The notes: generated from the letters alone by a model not told the origin. Counted from the stretch's first letter, positions 45,763-55,039 are shown. The stretch: DNA of 64,000 nucleotides from Candidatus Berkelbacteria bacterium (GCA_016187225.1 JACPKC010000006.1:25051-89050), one strand, 5' to 3'. Translations and numbers: made by a program.

Positions 45763-47577
45763 TCACTCAACACTCGCCTTAATTCGACGGACGCCAGCCG
45801 AAGCCGACTGTTCTTTCAGAATCTTGAATTGACCAATCTGACCAGTCTGCGCAACGTGCGGGCCGCCGCAGAATTCTTTTGAAATCGCTTCCCCAAGAGT
45901 TCGACCGATGAAATAGACTTTTACTTGATCTGGATACCGATGGGTAAAAAAGTGAAGCGCGCCGCTTTTTTTTGCCTCATCCAAAGGCAGTTCAACGACT
46001 TGCACTGGAAGGTCTTGAGCGATCACGCCATTTACCCAAGATTCTATATTCCGAATTTGTTCGGGGCTTAATTTTTCCGCATGCGTGAAATCGAAACGCA
46101 GACGTTCCGGGTTGATATCCGAACCTTTTTGCTGAACGTGAGCGCCAAGGACATGCCTAAGCGCCGCTTGTGTAAGGTGAGTTGCGGTATGCAGACGCAA
46201 GACTCGATTTAATTCTTCTTTATTGCCGGCGCGCAGTTCGCCGGTATCCAAAATCAAACCGTGGCCGCCAAACTTTTTCTCAAAGCCGGCGCTCGAAACT
46301 TGTCGATGCGCAGTTAGTAAGTTATCAAAGGCTTGATTGAAAGCTACTCGATTCGGTGTCAATCCGTTCGCAACCAAAATTTCATAACCAAGTTCGGGCG
46401 GCAGAGCATGACTTTGATAAGCTAAAAATGCCAATTTAGCCGCTCCTTCCGATCCGAGTGGAGTCTGCTTGGGTGCTTCTTTTTCCAAAAAGCGCGTCGC
46501 CCGTTCAAGCTGAACACTAAAGTGTTGCTGTTCAGCTAAAATCACATCTTGAATCGACACGCGCGTGAGATGCGGGTAAGAGTCGGCGTAAGTTGAGATG
46601 ACTGCTTCAATTAAGAGTGGCCAATCTGTAAATTCCAACTGACGCGCCGCTTGCACAGCTCGACGAATCAGGCGTCGCAACACGTAACCTCGATCTTTGT
46701 TACTCGGCAAAACACCATCCGCCACCAAGAAAACCGCCGCCCGCATATGATCGGCAAGAACGCGAACGGTTCGATTATCTGATGCGCCTTGAAGAGTTGA
46801 AATTGCCGCTATCGTTGGTTGATAGAGATCGGTCTCGTAGATACTTTCCAACCCATTCACTGTCATTAAAACTCGCTCTAAACCGACACCGGTATCAATA
46901 TTTTTCTGCTTGAGCGGTTCAAAACGATTTTCAGCGACTTTGTTGTATTCCATAAAAACGTTGTTCCAAATTTCCACCCAGTGATCATCGGTTGCCGAGC
47001 CGGGCTGACATTCAACGCCGCACTGCTCCGAATAAATGTGCACAAAAATTTCAGTGGTTGGACCACATGGACCAGTGACATGAACCGGCCCCCACCAATT
47101 GTCTTCTTTCAAGGACACGATGCGAGTGACGCCTAACTTCTGCCAGATCCTTTGCGCATCTTGATCGAGTCCAATCCTTTTAGCTGAATCACCCGCAAAA
47201 ATCGTTGCGGCCAAACGCTCGACTGGGAAACCAAGCGCGCTGGTGACAAATTCAAAACTCCACTCGATAGCTTCCCGTTTGCCGTAATCACCGAGCGACC
47301 AATGTCCAAGCATCTCAAAAAATGTGGCGTGCGTTGCGTCGCCAACCTGCTCAATATCCGTTGTCCGCAAACTGCGTTGGATATTAACAAGTCGAGTGCC
47401 ATCCGGATGTTTTTCGCCCAATAAATAAGGGATAAGCGGATGCATTCCGGCAGTTGTGAAAAGCACAGAAGCGTCTTGAAGCGGCACTAGCGAGGCCTGG
47501 GGAATTTCGCTATGCCCATGAGCGCGATAGAAATCAATAAATTTTCTTCGCAATTCCTGATGAGTCATAGGGCTCAT
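45763..47577 (-). CDS. alaS: Alanyl-tRNA synthetase lacking the C-Ala domain
   Basis: FTTAGMHP, HATFFEMLG, DTGVGLER, HTATH, CGGPHV; ends at GVRRIKA. Confidence 0.95.
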   Translation of the reverse strand: MSPMTHQELRRKFIDFYRAHGHSEIPQASLVPLQDASVLFTTAGMHPLIPYLLGEKHPDGTRLVNIQRSLRTTDIEQVGDATHATFFEMLGHWSLGDYGKREAIEWSFEFVTSALGFPVERLAATIFAGDSAKRIGLDQDAQRIWQKLGVTRIVSLKEDNWWGPVHVTGPCGPTTEIFVHIYSEQCGVECQPGSATDDHWVEIWNNVFMEYNKVAENRFEPLKQKNIDTGVGLERVLMTVNGLESIYETDLYQPTIAAISTLQGASDNRTVRVLADHMRAAVFLVADGVLPSNKDRGYVLRRLIRRAVQAARQLEFTDWPLLIEAVISTYADSYPHLTRVSIQDVILAEQQHFSVQLERATRFLEKEAPKQTPLGSEGAAKLAFLAYQSHALPPELGYEILVANGLTPNRVAFNQAFDNLLTAHRQVSSAGFEKKFGGHGLILDTGELRAGNKEELNRVLRLHTATHLTQAALRHVLGAHVQQKGSDINPERLRFDFTHAEKLSPEQIRNIESWVNGVIAQDLPVQVVELPLDEAKKSGALHFFTHRYPDQVKVYFIGRTLGEAISKEFCGGPHVAQTGQIGQFKILKEQSASAGVRRIKASVE

Positions 47578-48254
47578 TTACTCAATTTATTCGCGATTGC
47601 ACCCTGAACGGCGCGCAAGAGTCGATTAGCAAGCGGCTCGGCTATCGATTCCTGAACTAAAAATTCATTCAGCGCCCGCGCGCCGCTCAATCTCGCTGGA
47701 TAAAGTTCTTCGTATTTGGCTTTGGCATCGAGCACTTTCTTGACATAACCCAAACTCTCCAGGGGGATTGCTGTGCGATCGCCGCGAGCGTATCGATCCC
47801 CAGCTCCGCCACCACCATTATAAGCAACGATCGCTGGTTCGATCGCATTATACCGACCCATCAAACCCTGTAAATGATAGGCGCCAAATTTAATATTCAC
47901 TTCTGGATTATAGAGTTGATCGACTGTGAAATTCACAGTCCCCAAACGACGAGCGATACCCTGCGCTGTCAGTGGCATGAGTTGCATGAGGCCACGCGCT
48001 CCAACCGGCGAGATTGCATCAGGACGAAAACGACTCTCCGAGTAAATCACCGCAGCGACCAAGTAAGGATCAAGATCATGATCCTCGGCTTCCTGAAGGA
48101 TAATCGACTCATAAGCCAATGGATAGCGCAACTCGGCAAAGATTTGTGTGAATAGCCAAAGAGTGAGCGCAACTAAACCGAGGAGACCTAAAATTACCGC
48201 CCAACGGAATAAATCACGCTTAGGCGTTCTGGCTGAAACTGCGACTTGAATCAT
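47574..48254 (-). CDS. SLT-domain lytic transglycosylase
   Basis: ES.F...A.SPVGARGLMQLMP, AYNGG. Confidence 0.92.
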   Translation of the reverse strand: MIQVAVSARTPKRDLFRWAVILGLLGLVALTLWLFTQIFAELRYPLAYESIILQEAEDHDLDPYLVAAVIYSESRFRPDAISPVGARGLMQLMPLTAQGIARRLGTVNFTVDQLYNPEVNIKFGAYHLQGLMGRYNAIEPAIVAYNGGGGAGDRYARGDRTAIPLESLGYVKKVLDAKAKYEELYPARLSGARALNEFLVQESIAEPLANRLLRAVQGAIANKLSK

Positions 48255-48421
48255 GAATTCATACTATAAAAAAACTCTTCTTTGAGACAGAGGAATGATT
48301 AAAGCCCAGCGATGACATCTCAAGGGAAAAGTGAGAAAGTCCTAAACATTAAATCTTTTGTCAATAAAAGTCGGGTTCTGGATTGCCCAAAACCCGGCTT
48401 TGAATGGTGCTTTGACCCTGG

Positions 48422-49105
48422 CTACATTGTCGCCAATACTCTGGCGATCGGCTCAAGCGAGCCGAGTAGAATATCCGGCTCCGCCGCCTTGAGTCTCTCT
48501 ATCGAGCACACCCCGCCACCAACGGCTATCGAAGTCGCCCCAAGCGCTTGCGCAATTTCAATCTCTTCAAGCGAGTCGCCGATAATCACGACCTGGTGTG
48601 GCTGATAGCGTGAATATTGGGCGAGCAATTCCCGAAGACGATCCAGCTTGGTGGCCGCTACGACAACATCAAGCTGACCACAATTAGCACTCAGTTCTCT
48701 AAAAAAGTGACTCACTTGTAGGCGGTCGAGCTGTCGCTCGATGCTCCCCACAGTGTTGTTGGAAAGAATCCAGTTTTGACGTCGCCGACGGCGTTGGACG
48801 CACAGAATGATCCGCACGCCTCGACGCAAAGCAATATTGGACGAAAGTCTCTCATAAGCCTCGTACCAATGCCCGACCTCGGTGATCAAACGACCCGGGT
48901 CGCAACCGCGGCCGAGATAAAACTCTCGGACCGGCAGACCGAACTCGGCTTGCAGCTCCGTCAAACTAACCTCGCGACCACCGAGAAGACGAATAAAACT
49001 ATTCGTCGCCGCTAGGTGGGCCCTGGAATCGGCCACAACGGTGCCGTTCCAGTCCCACACAATCAACTGAACACGACGTAACAACTTCAATAGTTTCTCA
49101 CTCAC
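48422..49105 (-). CDS. HAD-superfamily hydrolase
   Basis: WDWNGT, LSN, K, IGDS...A.ALG. Confidence 0.85.
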   Translation of the reverse strand: MSEKLLKLLRRVQLIVWDWNGTVVADSRAHLAATNSFIRLLGGREVSLTELQAEFGLPVREFYLGRGCDPGRLITEVGHWYEAYERLSSNIALRRGVRIILCVQRRRRRQNWILSNNTVGSIERQLDRLQVSHFFRELSANCGQLDVVVAATKLDRLRELLAQYSRYQPHQVVIIGDSLEEIEIAQALGATSIAVGGGVCSIERLKAAEPDILLGSLEPIARVLATM

Positions 49106-49175
49106 CCAGATTATTCCTTTCTCTTAAGGTAACAAACGATTATATCTATATCCGAGAATCCAACCTTGATCAATC

Positions 49176-49259
49176 TGGTGCCGAGGGTGGGATTCGAACC
49201 CACAAGCCTTGCGGCGCAGGATTTTAAGTCCTGTGCGTATACCGTTCCGCCACCCCGGC
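49176..49259 (-). tRNA. tRNA-Leu(TAA)
   Basis: GCCGGGG...CAGGACT-TAA-AATCCTG, long variable arm, GGTTCGAATCCC...GGCACCA. Confidence 0.95.
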
Positions 49260-49289
49260 CAAGTTGGCCAAAGTTTAACAAAAAATTTC

Positions 49290-50306
49290 CTAGGCCGCCA
49301 CAGGAGTAGGTTGGCCAAGACGCAAAGGAAGAGTCAACAATGACGGCGCAACATGCACGATTTGCCAGCCCAAAGAAGAACGTAAAAACTTGCCCGAGAA
49401 CGAAAAGCCAGCCGCCTTGCGAATTCCACCACCACCAAACAAATTTGCGAGAGCGGCAACGTTAACGGCATCATCTTCGGTCCGCACCGAGGCTTTAATT
49501 CGGCCATTGGGCAGTTCGCACAAAAGAATCGTTGCCCGCGCTTCAGGCACGCAGTTAATCAGATTCACGCAACCGGCCAGGTCTTCGTGATAAGCATTGC
49601 AAGTCGCTAGATCTTCTTCAGTGATAATTGAAGTGACAATTTTAAGACTTGGATGATACTTAATTCGTGAGAGCGCCACCCCCCAAAGCCGCAAAGCCGG
49701 CACGGACTTAAAGCTCGCAACGTTCGCGTTGATTAGATCCAAACGCGCGCCGCGCGCCATGAGTTCTGCGGCCTGACTTAACACAATTGGCGAGGTATTA
49801 GAATGCTTGAACCCGCCGGTATCGTTGTAAAGCCCGGTGAGCAGACAAGTGGCGATGTCGGCATCCAAATTAATATCAAGCGCTTTAATTAGCGGAAAAA
49901 TCAATTCGGCGGCGGATGAAGCGTTGCTGTCGACGTAATTGAGCGAGGCTAATTTATGCAAGTCGTTGCGTTGGTGATGATCGATGTTGATGATTCTTTG
50001 ACGAAAACGGGTAAACTCGCGAATCCGATGCGCGAGGCCGGTGCGTTTAAGATCGCCGCAATCGATAATCACGATTCGATCGTAACTTCCAAGTAAGCAA
50101 TCGCGTTGAATGAGATTCACACCGGGCAAAAAACGAAAAGGATGCGGGATCTCATCCACACAAGTAAGGGTCACGTTTTTACCCAGACGTCGCAGAGTAT
50201 GACCAAGCGCTAGAAGACTGCCTGCGGCATCGCCATCGGCTTGCTCGTGGGTGATCAACAACAAGCGTTCAGCCGCACGAAGAGTGTTGGAAACTAGAGA
50301 GATCAT
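49290..50306 (-). CDS. DHH/DHHA1 phosphoesterase (NrnA-like)
   Basis: H..ADGD, IDC, NIDHH, DTGGF, GGG..KAAG. Confidence 0.92.
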   Translation of the reverse strand: MISLVSNTLRAAERLLLITHEQADGDAAGSLLALGHTLRRLGKNVTLTCVDEIPHPFRFLPGVNLIQRDCLLGSYDRIVIIDCGDLKRTGLAHRIREFTRFRQRIINIDHHQRNDLHKLASLNYVDSNASSAAELIFPLIKALDINLDADIATCLLTGLYNDTGGFKHSNTSPIVLSQAAELMARGARLDLINANVASFKSVPALRLWGVALSRIKYHPSLKIVTSIITEEDLATCNAYHEDLAGCVNLINCVPEARATILLCELPNGRIKASVRTEDDAVNVAALANLFGGGGIRKAAGFSFSGKFLRSSLGWQIVHVAPSLLTLPLRLGQPTPVAA

Positions 50307-50387
50307 AGGATGGATTATGCAGTTATATTTTGCCAGCGCGTGGGACGGAGCGACGGAGCGATTATGAGGGTGTGGCTCACAATGAGT

Positions 50388-50864
50388 TTATGTATGTTTA
50401 AGAAGATAAATTTTGCGTTCACCCTCCGGCAAATCGCTTTTCGTCATCTTAATGTTTTCAACAGTTTCGGGCGTCTGCCCTCCGATGCGCGCGAAAGTTT
50501 CGCCTTTTTGCACGCCAACGAGAATAACAATGCGCGGCTCAATTTCGCCAATCAATTTAGCAATGGTCTGCAATTCGTCAGCTGATTCATTATCGGCGTG
50601 GACAAAGAGCAGGTCGACGTCTTCAAGACGAGCGAGTTCAGTTTCAGTGACCTGGCGTTTTTTCTGCCCCGCAACCGCGATTACCAAGGTTTCGATATGC
50701 AAATGGGCGAGATCGGGTGTAACCTCTGCAAAAACACCGGCTTTTTCATATTCACCCGGGCCATCGAGTACCAAATCGTTGATTTTGAGTTGGCCATCGA
50801 GTTCGATCGTGGCGGTTTTCGTTTTGAGGCGGCATTTTGAATCACCAGTGACACTGATCTGCAT
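50388..50864 (-). CDS. Degenerate MBL-fold-like hypothetical protein
   Basis: GPGEYE..GV, DVDLLFV, IEPRIVI pattern; start at MQISV. Confidence 0.65.
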   Translation of the reverse strand: MQISVTGDSKCRLKTKTATIELDGQLKINDLVLDGPGEYEKAGVFAEVTPDLAHLHIETLVIAVAGQKKRQVTETELARLEDVDLLFVHADNESADELQTIAKLIGEIEPRIVILVGVQKGETFARIGGQTPETVENIKMTKSDLPEGERKIYLLKHT

Positions 50865-50935
50865 AGCTATCCTTTCATGGAATATTTCAAAATATCGCAT
50901 TGTTGGCGCAAGGTAAAGAGTTAGGTGGTGAAAAT

Positions 50936-50977
50936 AAAAAGGCCCGGGCATTCAAACGATGCTCACGGGCCTTTTTT
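50936..50977 (-). terminator. Terminator at the left boundary of the island
   Basis: aaaaaggcccg...cgggcctttt inverted repeat immediately after the last island ORF. Confidence 0.7.
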
Positions 50978-51141
50978 CACCGACGCGGTTGAACGAGGTC
51001 GAAGACCCCGTTGCCGGGGTCCTCGGCGCCTCCCCACTCTTCATCGGGCGGCCATTCACGGCCGACCCAACGAAGAATTGGAGGCGCAAAGATTAGAATC
51101 ATAAGCAGTAAAAAACTGCTTATGATCTGTTCCAGCGTCAA
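50977..51141 (-). CDS. Small single-TM protein (54 aa)
   Basis: AAGGAGGTG RBS, TTG start: MTLEQIISSFLLLMILIFAPPILRWVGREWPPDEEWGGAEDPGNGVFDLVQPRR*. Confidence 0.55.
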   Translation of the reverse strand: MTLEQIISSFLLLMILIFAPPILRWVGREWPPDEEWGGAEDPGNGVFDLVQPRR

Positions 51142-51146
51142 TCGCG

Positions 51147-51200
51147 TCACCTCCTTCGCTGGGTTCGATTTTGATCTTCGAAAAGATCAAGCCCAGCGAG
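51147..51200 (-). repeat. Structured leader family E, copy 1
   Basis: Similar to 56607-56656; hairpin directly abutting GGAGGUGA. Confidence 0.75.
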
Positions 51201-51328
51201 CAGGTTCCCTCTAACCCACTCCGGATTCAGGAGAGGGCGGTACTTCTAATCAAAGAAACACTGCCCCAATCCGGAGTGGATGAGAGGGGAGGAGCTTGGG
51301 AGCTCCTCATTGACTTGCATTGGTCTAT

Positions 51329-51454
51329 CTACAATAATAGATACACCAATGCAGACACCCCGACCACCAGCAATATAATTGCGATAGCCAGGGCAAAGAT
51401 GAGAGTGCGAAATGACAATTGCTCGTCATACTCGACCCTCTTTTTCTTTTCCAT
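51329..51454 (-). CDS. Small single-TM protein (41 aa)
   Basis: AGGAGGTG RBS: MEKKKRVEYDEQLSFRTLIFALAIAIILLVVGVSALVYLLL*. Confidence 0.6.
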   Translation of the reverse strand: MEKKKRVEYDEQLSFRTLIFALAIAIILLVVGVSALVYLLL

Positions 51455-51457
51455 TTT

Positions 51458-51606
51458 TCACCTCCTCTCGCGATGATTAATTACGCGACGGGATTTCCTC
51501 GGGAGTGGCATCAGACTCTCCCGAGGTGAAGGAGTCGCATTAATAACCGTGAGAGAAGCCCGACCCCGTTCGACTCGCTCTGCGAGTTCGCTCGGGGTCG
51601 GAAAAA
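51458..51606 (-). repeat. Structured leader family A, copy 1
   Basis: Shares tcacctcctctcgcgat, attacgc, ataaccgtgagagaagcccgacccc and ggggtcgg blocks with 53071-53186. Confidence 0.85.
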
Positions 51607-51607
51607 A

Positions 51608-52240
51608 TCACCATGGCCAGTATTTCGCCCGCTTCTGACTCTTCATCAGAAGCGGGCGACTGGGCGCCCAACCACACTCCTTACTGCCCATGGGGCATAG
51701 GGTGTAGTGGGCACCCGAGCCGCAGGCGCACTCGGCCGCCTGGGCCAGAGCCTCGAGAACTTCAGGTCGGTTTCTGAAGTTCCCGAGAACTTCAGGTCGG
51801 TCGAGTTGGCGAACCTCGACGGGTCCGCTGATCGCCTCGAAAAAAAATTCGAGGTAGACCGATTCCCGCTGGCTAAGCGGGTCAGTCACCCCCTCGTACT
51901 GAAGGGTCCAACCGGCCACGCCTTGCAAGGCAACGAGCCTCGCGCCGGAGGTCGAGGAGGTCCAGGCGAAGGACGTGACGTCCTCCTCCAGATACCCCCT
52001 CCAACCAGAGTGCTCCCCAGGCACTCGATGGGCGACGGGAGCGGTCGGAGGCATTACCTCCCGCCCGCCCAAAGAATTTTCCGCCATATAGACGAGCCCC
52101 TCGCGGGGTGCCGCCTCGGGTTCGCAGTCCTCCCCCCGTGGCATTTGGTTGGTTAGCCCGAAGGCCAACGAAACCAAATTTTCCCACGAGGTTTCCCCCG
52201 CGAAAATGTTTTGCTGGGTGGCGCTGGTGAGGGTCGTCAT
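51608..52240 (-). CDS. Hypothetical protein with a SEC-C-like Cys motif
   Basis: GGAGG RBS; C-terminal CACGSGAHYTLC. Confidence 0.65.
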   Translation of the reverse strand: MTTLTSATQQNIFAGETSWENLVSLAFGLTNQMPRGEDCEPEAAPREGLVYMAENSLGGREVMPPTAPVAHRVPGEHSGWRGYLEEDVTSFAWTSSTSGARLVALQGVAGWTLQYEGVTDPLSQRESVYLEFFFEAISGPVEVRQLDRPEVLGNFRNRPEVLEALAQAAECACGSGAHYTLCPMGSKECGWAPSRPLLMKSQKRAKYWPW

Positions 52241-52357
52241 GTTGACGCCCTCCCTTCTTGCCCATTTTTCGATGGGCGGATCGTGGGTTTTTAACGTGTT
52301 TTACCACACGGATGACAAAGCTAACTCATCCCCATTGGGCATTAGTTAGCAGGGCAT

Positions 52358-52446
52358 CACCCTGCTGCTATTTTAGGACCCGAGCACAGAGTCCTCGCTC
52401 TTCACTTCGATCCTCGTCGGATTGACGAAAAGCGAAGAAAGAGCCC
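52358..52446 (-). repeat. Structured leader family B, copy 1
   Basis: Near-identical to 57266-57351 except in the apical part of the hairpin. Confidence 0.9.
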
Positions 52447-52482
52447 TGCCTCACCGGTCGAAACCGACGAAGCAGGATGGGA

Positions 52483-52860
52483 TCAGTCGTCGGGCTGGCG
52501 ACGCGCGTCTGCCCCGAGTTCATCGAACTCGAGAACTAGACGTCTGACCCGTCGGAAACGAACAAACCGGTAGTACCGGCCGTTCACCTCCCAATCCGAT
52601 TCCTCCGGGTGCGCCACGATCTCGGCTTCCGACCAGAGTGGTCGAAGTCCCAGATCGACCATTCGGGCGAGAACAGAGAGCGGGACGACGGTAATCACAT
52701 CGTCATATCCACCCTCGCGGACTCGTCGCACGATCGTCTCGGCATTGTCGAACGGGCGCGAATCGCGCTCAACCCTCACATCCGCCCCAAACAACCGGCG
52801 CAAAGCGCCGAGCTGGACGGGATTCATCCCGTGCCGGCTGATCCAAAGGATTCGTTTCAT
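52483..52860 (-). CDS. Small Rossmann-like protein, possibly Csx15/16/20-related
   Basis: AAGGAGG RBS; MKRILWISRHGMNPVQLGALRRLFG...VVPLS...RFVRFRRV. Confidence 0.55.
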   Translation of the reverse strand: MKRILWISRHGMNPVQLGALRRLFGADVRVERDSRPFDNAETIVRRVREGGYDDVITVVPLSVLARMVDLGLRPLWSEAEIVAHPEESDWEVNGRYYRFVRFRRVRRLVLEFDELGADARRQPDD

Positions 52861-52877
52861 CGAATCCCCCTCCTTTC

Positions 52878-53066
52878 CTAGTTGATCCCGACGGTCTGCC
52901 CCGAGTATTGCGCGGCGATATACTGCGCATCCTCGAAATCGACCGGCTCGGACAAAATTTGGAACTCGCCCGGGTTTCGCGGGTCGGCAAACTCGGTCCA
53001 CAGCACCAGATAATTCCGGTCCGTGGTCGGCTGTCCTGACTCCAGCTCAACGATATGGATGGCCAT
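52878..53066 (-). CDS. Small hypothetical protein (62 aa)
   Basis: AGGAGGTG RBS at the end of family A copy 2. Confidence 0.65.
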   Translation of the reverse strand: MAIHIVELESGQPTTDRNYLVLWTEFADPRNPGEFQILSEPVDFEDAQYIAAQYSGQTVGIN

Positions 53067-53070
53067 GTGA

Positions 53071-53186
53071 TCACCTCCTCTCGCGATAATTGATTACGCA
53101 ACAACCCTTAAGTCGCGCGCTGATCGATAACCGTGAGAGAAGCCCGACCCCACAATCCACCGAAGCGAACGTGGGGTCGGGAAAAA
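53071..53186 (-). repeat. Structured leader family A, copy 2
   Basis: See copy 1; C(UUCG)G loop on the minus strand. Confidence 0.85.
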
Positions 53187-53189
53187 CAA

Positions 53190-53414
53190 CTACTCGTCGA
53201 CCGGAAAGACGAAATACTGGAATACGCTGAAACTAGTTGCCGCGGCAACCGTTCGCGCATCCTCCAATGCTTCATCCACCGTATCGTGCGTGCGAGTCAG
53301 AAAACAAACGTGCCCGTCGTAGCGATAAAGTTTTGCGCCCAACCGCTCGTACTGAACAACATCGTCAACTGGCTCGCAGTAGTTGTTCTCGACAAAGCCA
53401 CCGCGGTATTTCAT
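53190..53414 (-). CDS. Small hypothetical protein (74 aa)
   Basis: GGAGGAG RBS before MKYRGG; long hairpin at about 53431-53472 upstream. Confidence 0.6.
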   Translation of the reverse strand: MKYRGGFVENNYCEPVDDVVQYERLGAKLYRYDGHVCFLTRTHDTVDEALEDARTVAAATSFSVFQYFVFPVDE

Positions 53415-53491
53415 TTTTTTCTCCTCCATTCTTTTGATGGGGCAGTCGCTATCAGCGAGATGTCCATCAAAGTTCAGAGGCGCGGTGGCTT

Positions 53492-53558
53492 AAAAAACTG
53501 TTGGCCAGCCTTCCGAGCGGCTGGCAAAAAAAGTGAACCTCGCTCGGACGAGGGAGAT
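53492..53558 (-). repeat. Family D element, copy 1 (terminator/antiterminator-like)
   Basis: aaaaaactNttggccagcc...gcgg...aacctcgc shared with 54298-54360. Confidence 0.55.
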
Positions 53559-53563
53559 GAGGG

Positions 53564-54151
53564 CTAGATTTGCGGCATGCGCCGCTCATCTAGCCACTCC
53601 CACTCGCTGGGGAGTGAGTCCCTCTCGGGGTAGGGGGTGGTATCGTCCCACCCCTGATTCTGCCACGCCGCCGTGTCGGCCCGCCGCTTGACGCGGCCGG
53701 TCATGAGGGCCTCGTCCTCCGGGGCCGAACCGGAGGATATCAGTCCCCCCTGGTAACCCCGCCACATCTGGTGGCGGAGATACTTGTCCCCCGCCAGGAT
53801 GGGTCCAAGCGAGGAATAGCACCAGGGATGCCGCGAGAGATACTCTCGCAGGAACCCCTCGAGTCCGACCTCGAACTCCAGGCGCCGAAGCGCCCGGCTC
53901 GCCGTCGCCCGCAGTTCGTGCGGGAGGGACTCCTCCTCCCCCACAAAGGGGAAGTAGGGTCCGTGTGCCGTATCTGGCACCTCCCCCAGGGCCCCAGACA
54001 ATTTGTAGTACGGGACCTGGTTGACCCGCACTCCCAGGATGGCCGGCGAGGCGATCCATCCTTGGTGCTTTCCGTCCACCTGGACGGAGTAGAGCCCGGC
54101 GACCTCGCCGGACTCTACCAGGGTCAGGGTGCTGTTCTGGGTGCTCTGCAT
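53564..54151 (-). CDS. Hypothetical protein (195 aa)
   Basis: GGAGGTG RBS before MQSTQNSTLT; the longer ORF-track start reads through leader family C. Confidence 0.65.
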   Translation of the reverse strand: MQSTQNSTLTLVESGEVAGLYSVQVDGKHQGWIASPAILGVRVNQVPYYKLSGALGEVPDTAHGPYFPFVGEEESLPHELRATASRALRRLEFEVGLEGFLREYLSRHPWCYSSLGPILAGDKYLRHQMWRGYQGGLISSGSAPEDEALMTGRVKRRADTAAWQNQGWDDTTPYPERDSLPSEWEWLDERRMPQI

Positions 54152-54175
54152 GGCAGGCACACCTCCATTCTTAAA

Positions 54176-54276
54176 CTCCCGCTTGCGCGGGGCGATGGAA
54201 GGACTATAAATAGTCAGCCCGTCGCCCAACATAAACGAGTTATTTCCGCTCATCCTCGATTCCTCATCGGTTTCGA
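54176..54276 (-). repeat. Structured leader family C, copy 1
   Basis: About 100 nt near-identical to 58648-58749. Confidence 0.9.
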
Positions 54277-54297
54277 TGAAAGTCCGAGGTAACTCAA

Positions 54298-54360
54298 AAA
54301 AAACTTTTGGCCAGCCGCGATGCGGCGGTGAAGCTTGATTAGCATCAAACCTCGCCGCCA
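54298..54360 (-). repeat. Family D element, copy 2
   Basis: See copy 1. Confidence 0.5.
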
Positions 54361-54370
54361 CAACCCGAGT

Positions 54371-54399
54371 TTGCAGAATCCCTGTTAATTTCCTATACT
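54371..54399 (+). promoter_or_regulatory. Sigma70-like promoter of the TA operon (probably leaderless mRNA)
   Basis: TTGCAG-17 nt-TATACT, 9 nt before the ATG at 54409. Confidence 0.65.
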
Positions 54400-54408
54400 T
54401 GAGTTATT

Positions 54409-54648
54409 ATGCCTAATGTCTTCATTCCCAAAGAATATGAACGGACTCGCGAGCTCGTCGCCATCCCTAAAAAGAAGTATGAGGCTTATCTTGAGGCGCA
54501 ACGCGCTCAAGCACGACCAGCCAAACATGCCCAATCCAAACGAGATCAAGAGCTGACGGAGGTACTGGAAATTATCCGCAGAGGTAAAGCCGACTACCGC
54601 GCCGGTAGAATTCGGACTGTCCAATCGCTTTCGGAACTCATGGAGTAA
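54409..54648 (+). CDS. Putative antitoxin
   Basis: Directly upstream of a RelE-like toxin; C-terminal G.ADYRAGR...SL.EL. Confidence 0.75.
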   Translation: MPNVFIPKEYERTRELVAIPKKKYEAYLEAQRAQARPAKHAQSKRDQELTEVLEIIRRGKADYRAGRIRTVQSLSELME

Positions 54649-54653
54649 ATCCA

Positions 54654-54926
54654 GTGCGTCGACCGATCGCAACTATCGATGTGACGCCAGATTTTGAAAA
54701 GGCTTTTCGTCGCCTGCCAGTTCGTATCCAGCGTTTGGCCACCAAGAAAACAAGTTGGTTTCGCGATAATGCACACGATTCCAGGCTAAAAACTCATAAG
54801 TTGAGCGGCCAACTCAACGAACACTGGTCGTTTTCCGTAAATCGCGAGTACCGGATTCTATTTGAGTTCACGAGTAATACCACCGCACTCTTCCACTCAA
54901 TTGGCACCCACGCCATCTATCGTTGA
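54654..54926 (+). CDS. RelE/YafQ/YoeB-like mRNA interferase toxin
   Basis: F.KAFRRL...LKTHKLSG.L...WSFSV...YRILF...IGTH.IY. Confidence 0.88.
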   Translation: MRRPIATIDVTPDFEKAFRRLPVRIQRLATKKTSWFRDNAHDSRLKTHKLSGQLNEHWSFSVNREYRILFEFTSNTTALFHSIGTHAIYR

Positions 54927-55039
54927 AGTGCGTCTGCAACCCGTAAGACCGATCCGGATCAATCCCCAGGCGCCAAAACTCGATGTGAGTGGAGAGATGC
55001 TTCCATCGCTGGTCACAACTATTCGTTGCGTCAAGTAAA

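Noticed and set aside
49176-49259. tRNA-Leu as the integration site of the right-hand island
   Set aside because: Two ordinary genes lie between it and the island, and no duplicated tRNA 3' end was seen.
52375-52410. HDV-like or pistol ribozyme in family B (gag-tcctcg-ctc on plus; stem followed by AAAAUAG on minus)
   Set aside because: The required P1/P1.1 partners (HDV) and the downstream pseudoknot complement (pistol) could not be found. Self-cleavage is untested rather than excluded.
54195-54280. Group I intron P7 or hammerhead core in family C (gacta/tagtcc; gaaac-cgatgag)
   Set aside because: The elements are in the wrong order and topology: a simple hairpin with no P3-P8 and no CUGAUGA core.
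54152-54361. N-terminal extension of the 265-aa ORF-track protein (similarly 52861-53001 and 55509-55724)
   Set aside because: These extensions read through structured repeats or another ORF; strong SDs mark the downstream starts.
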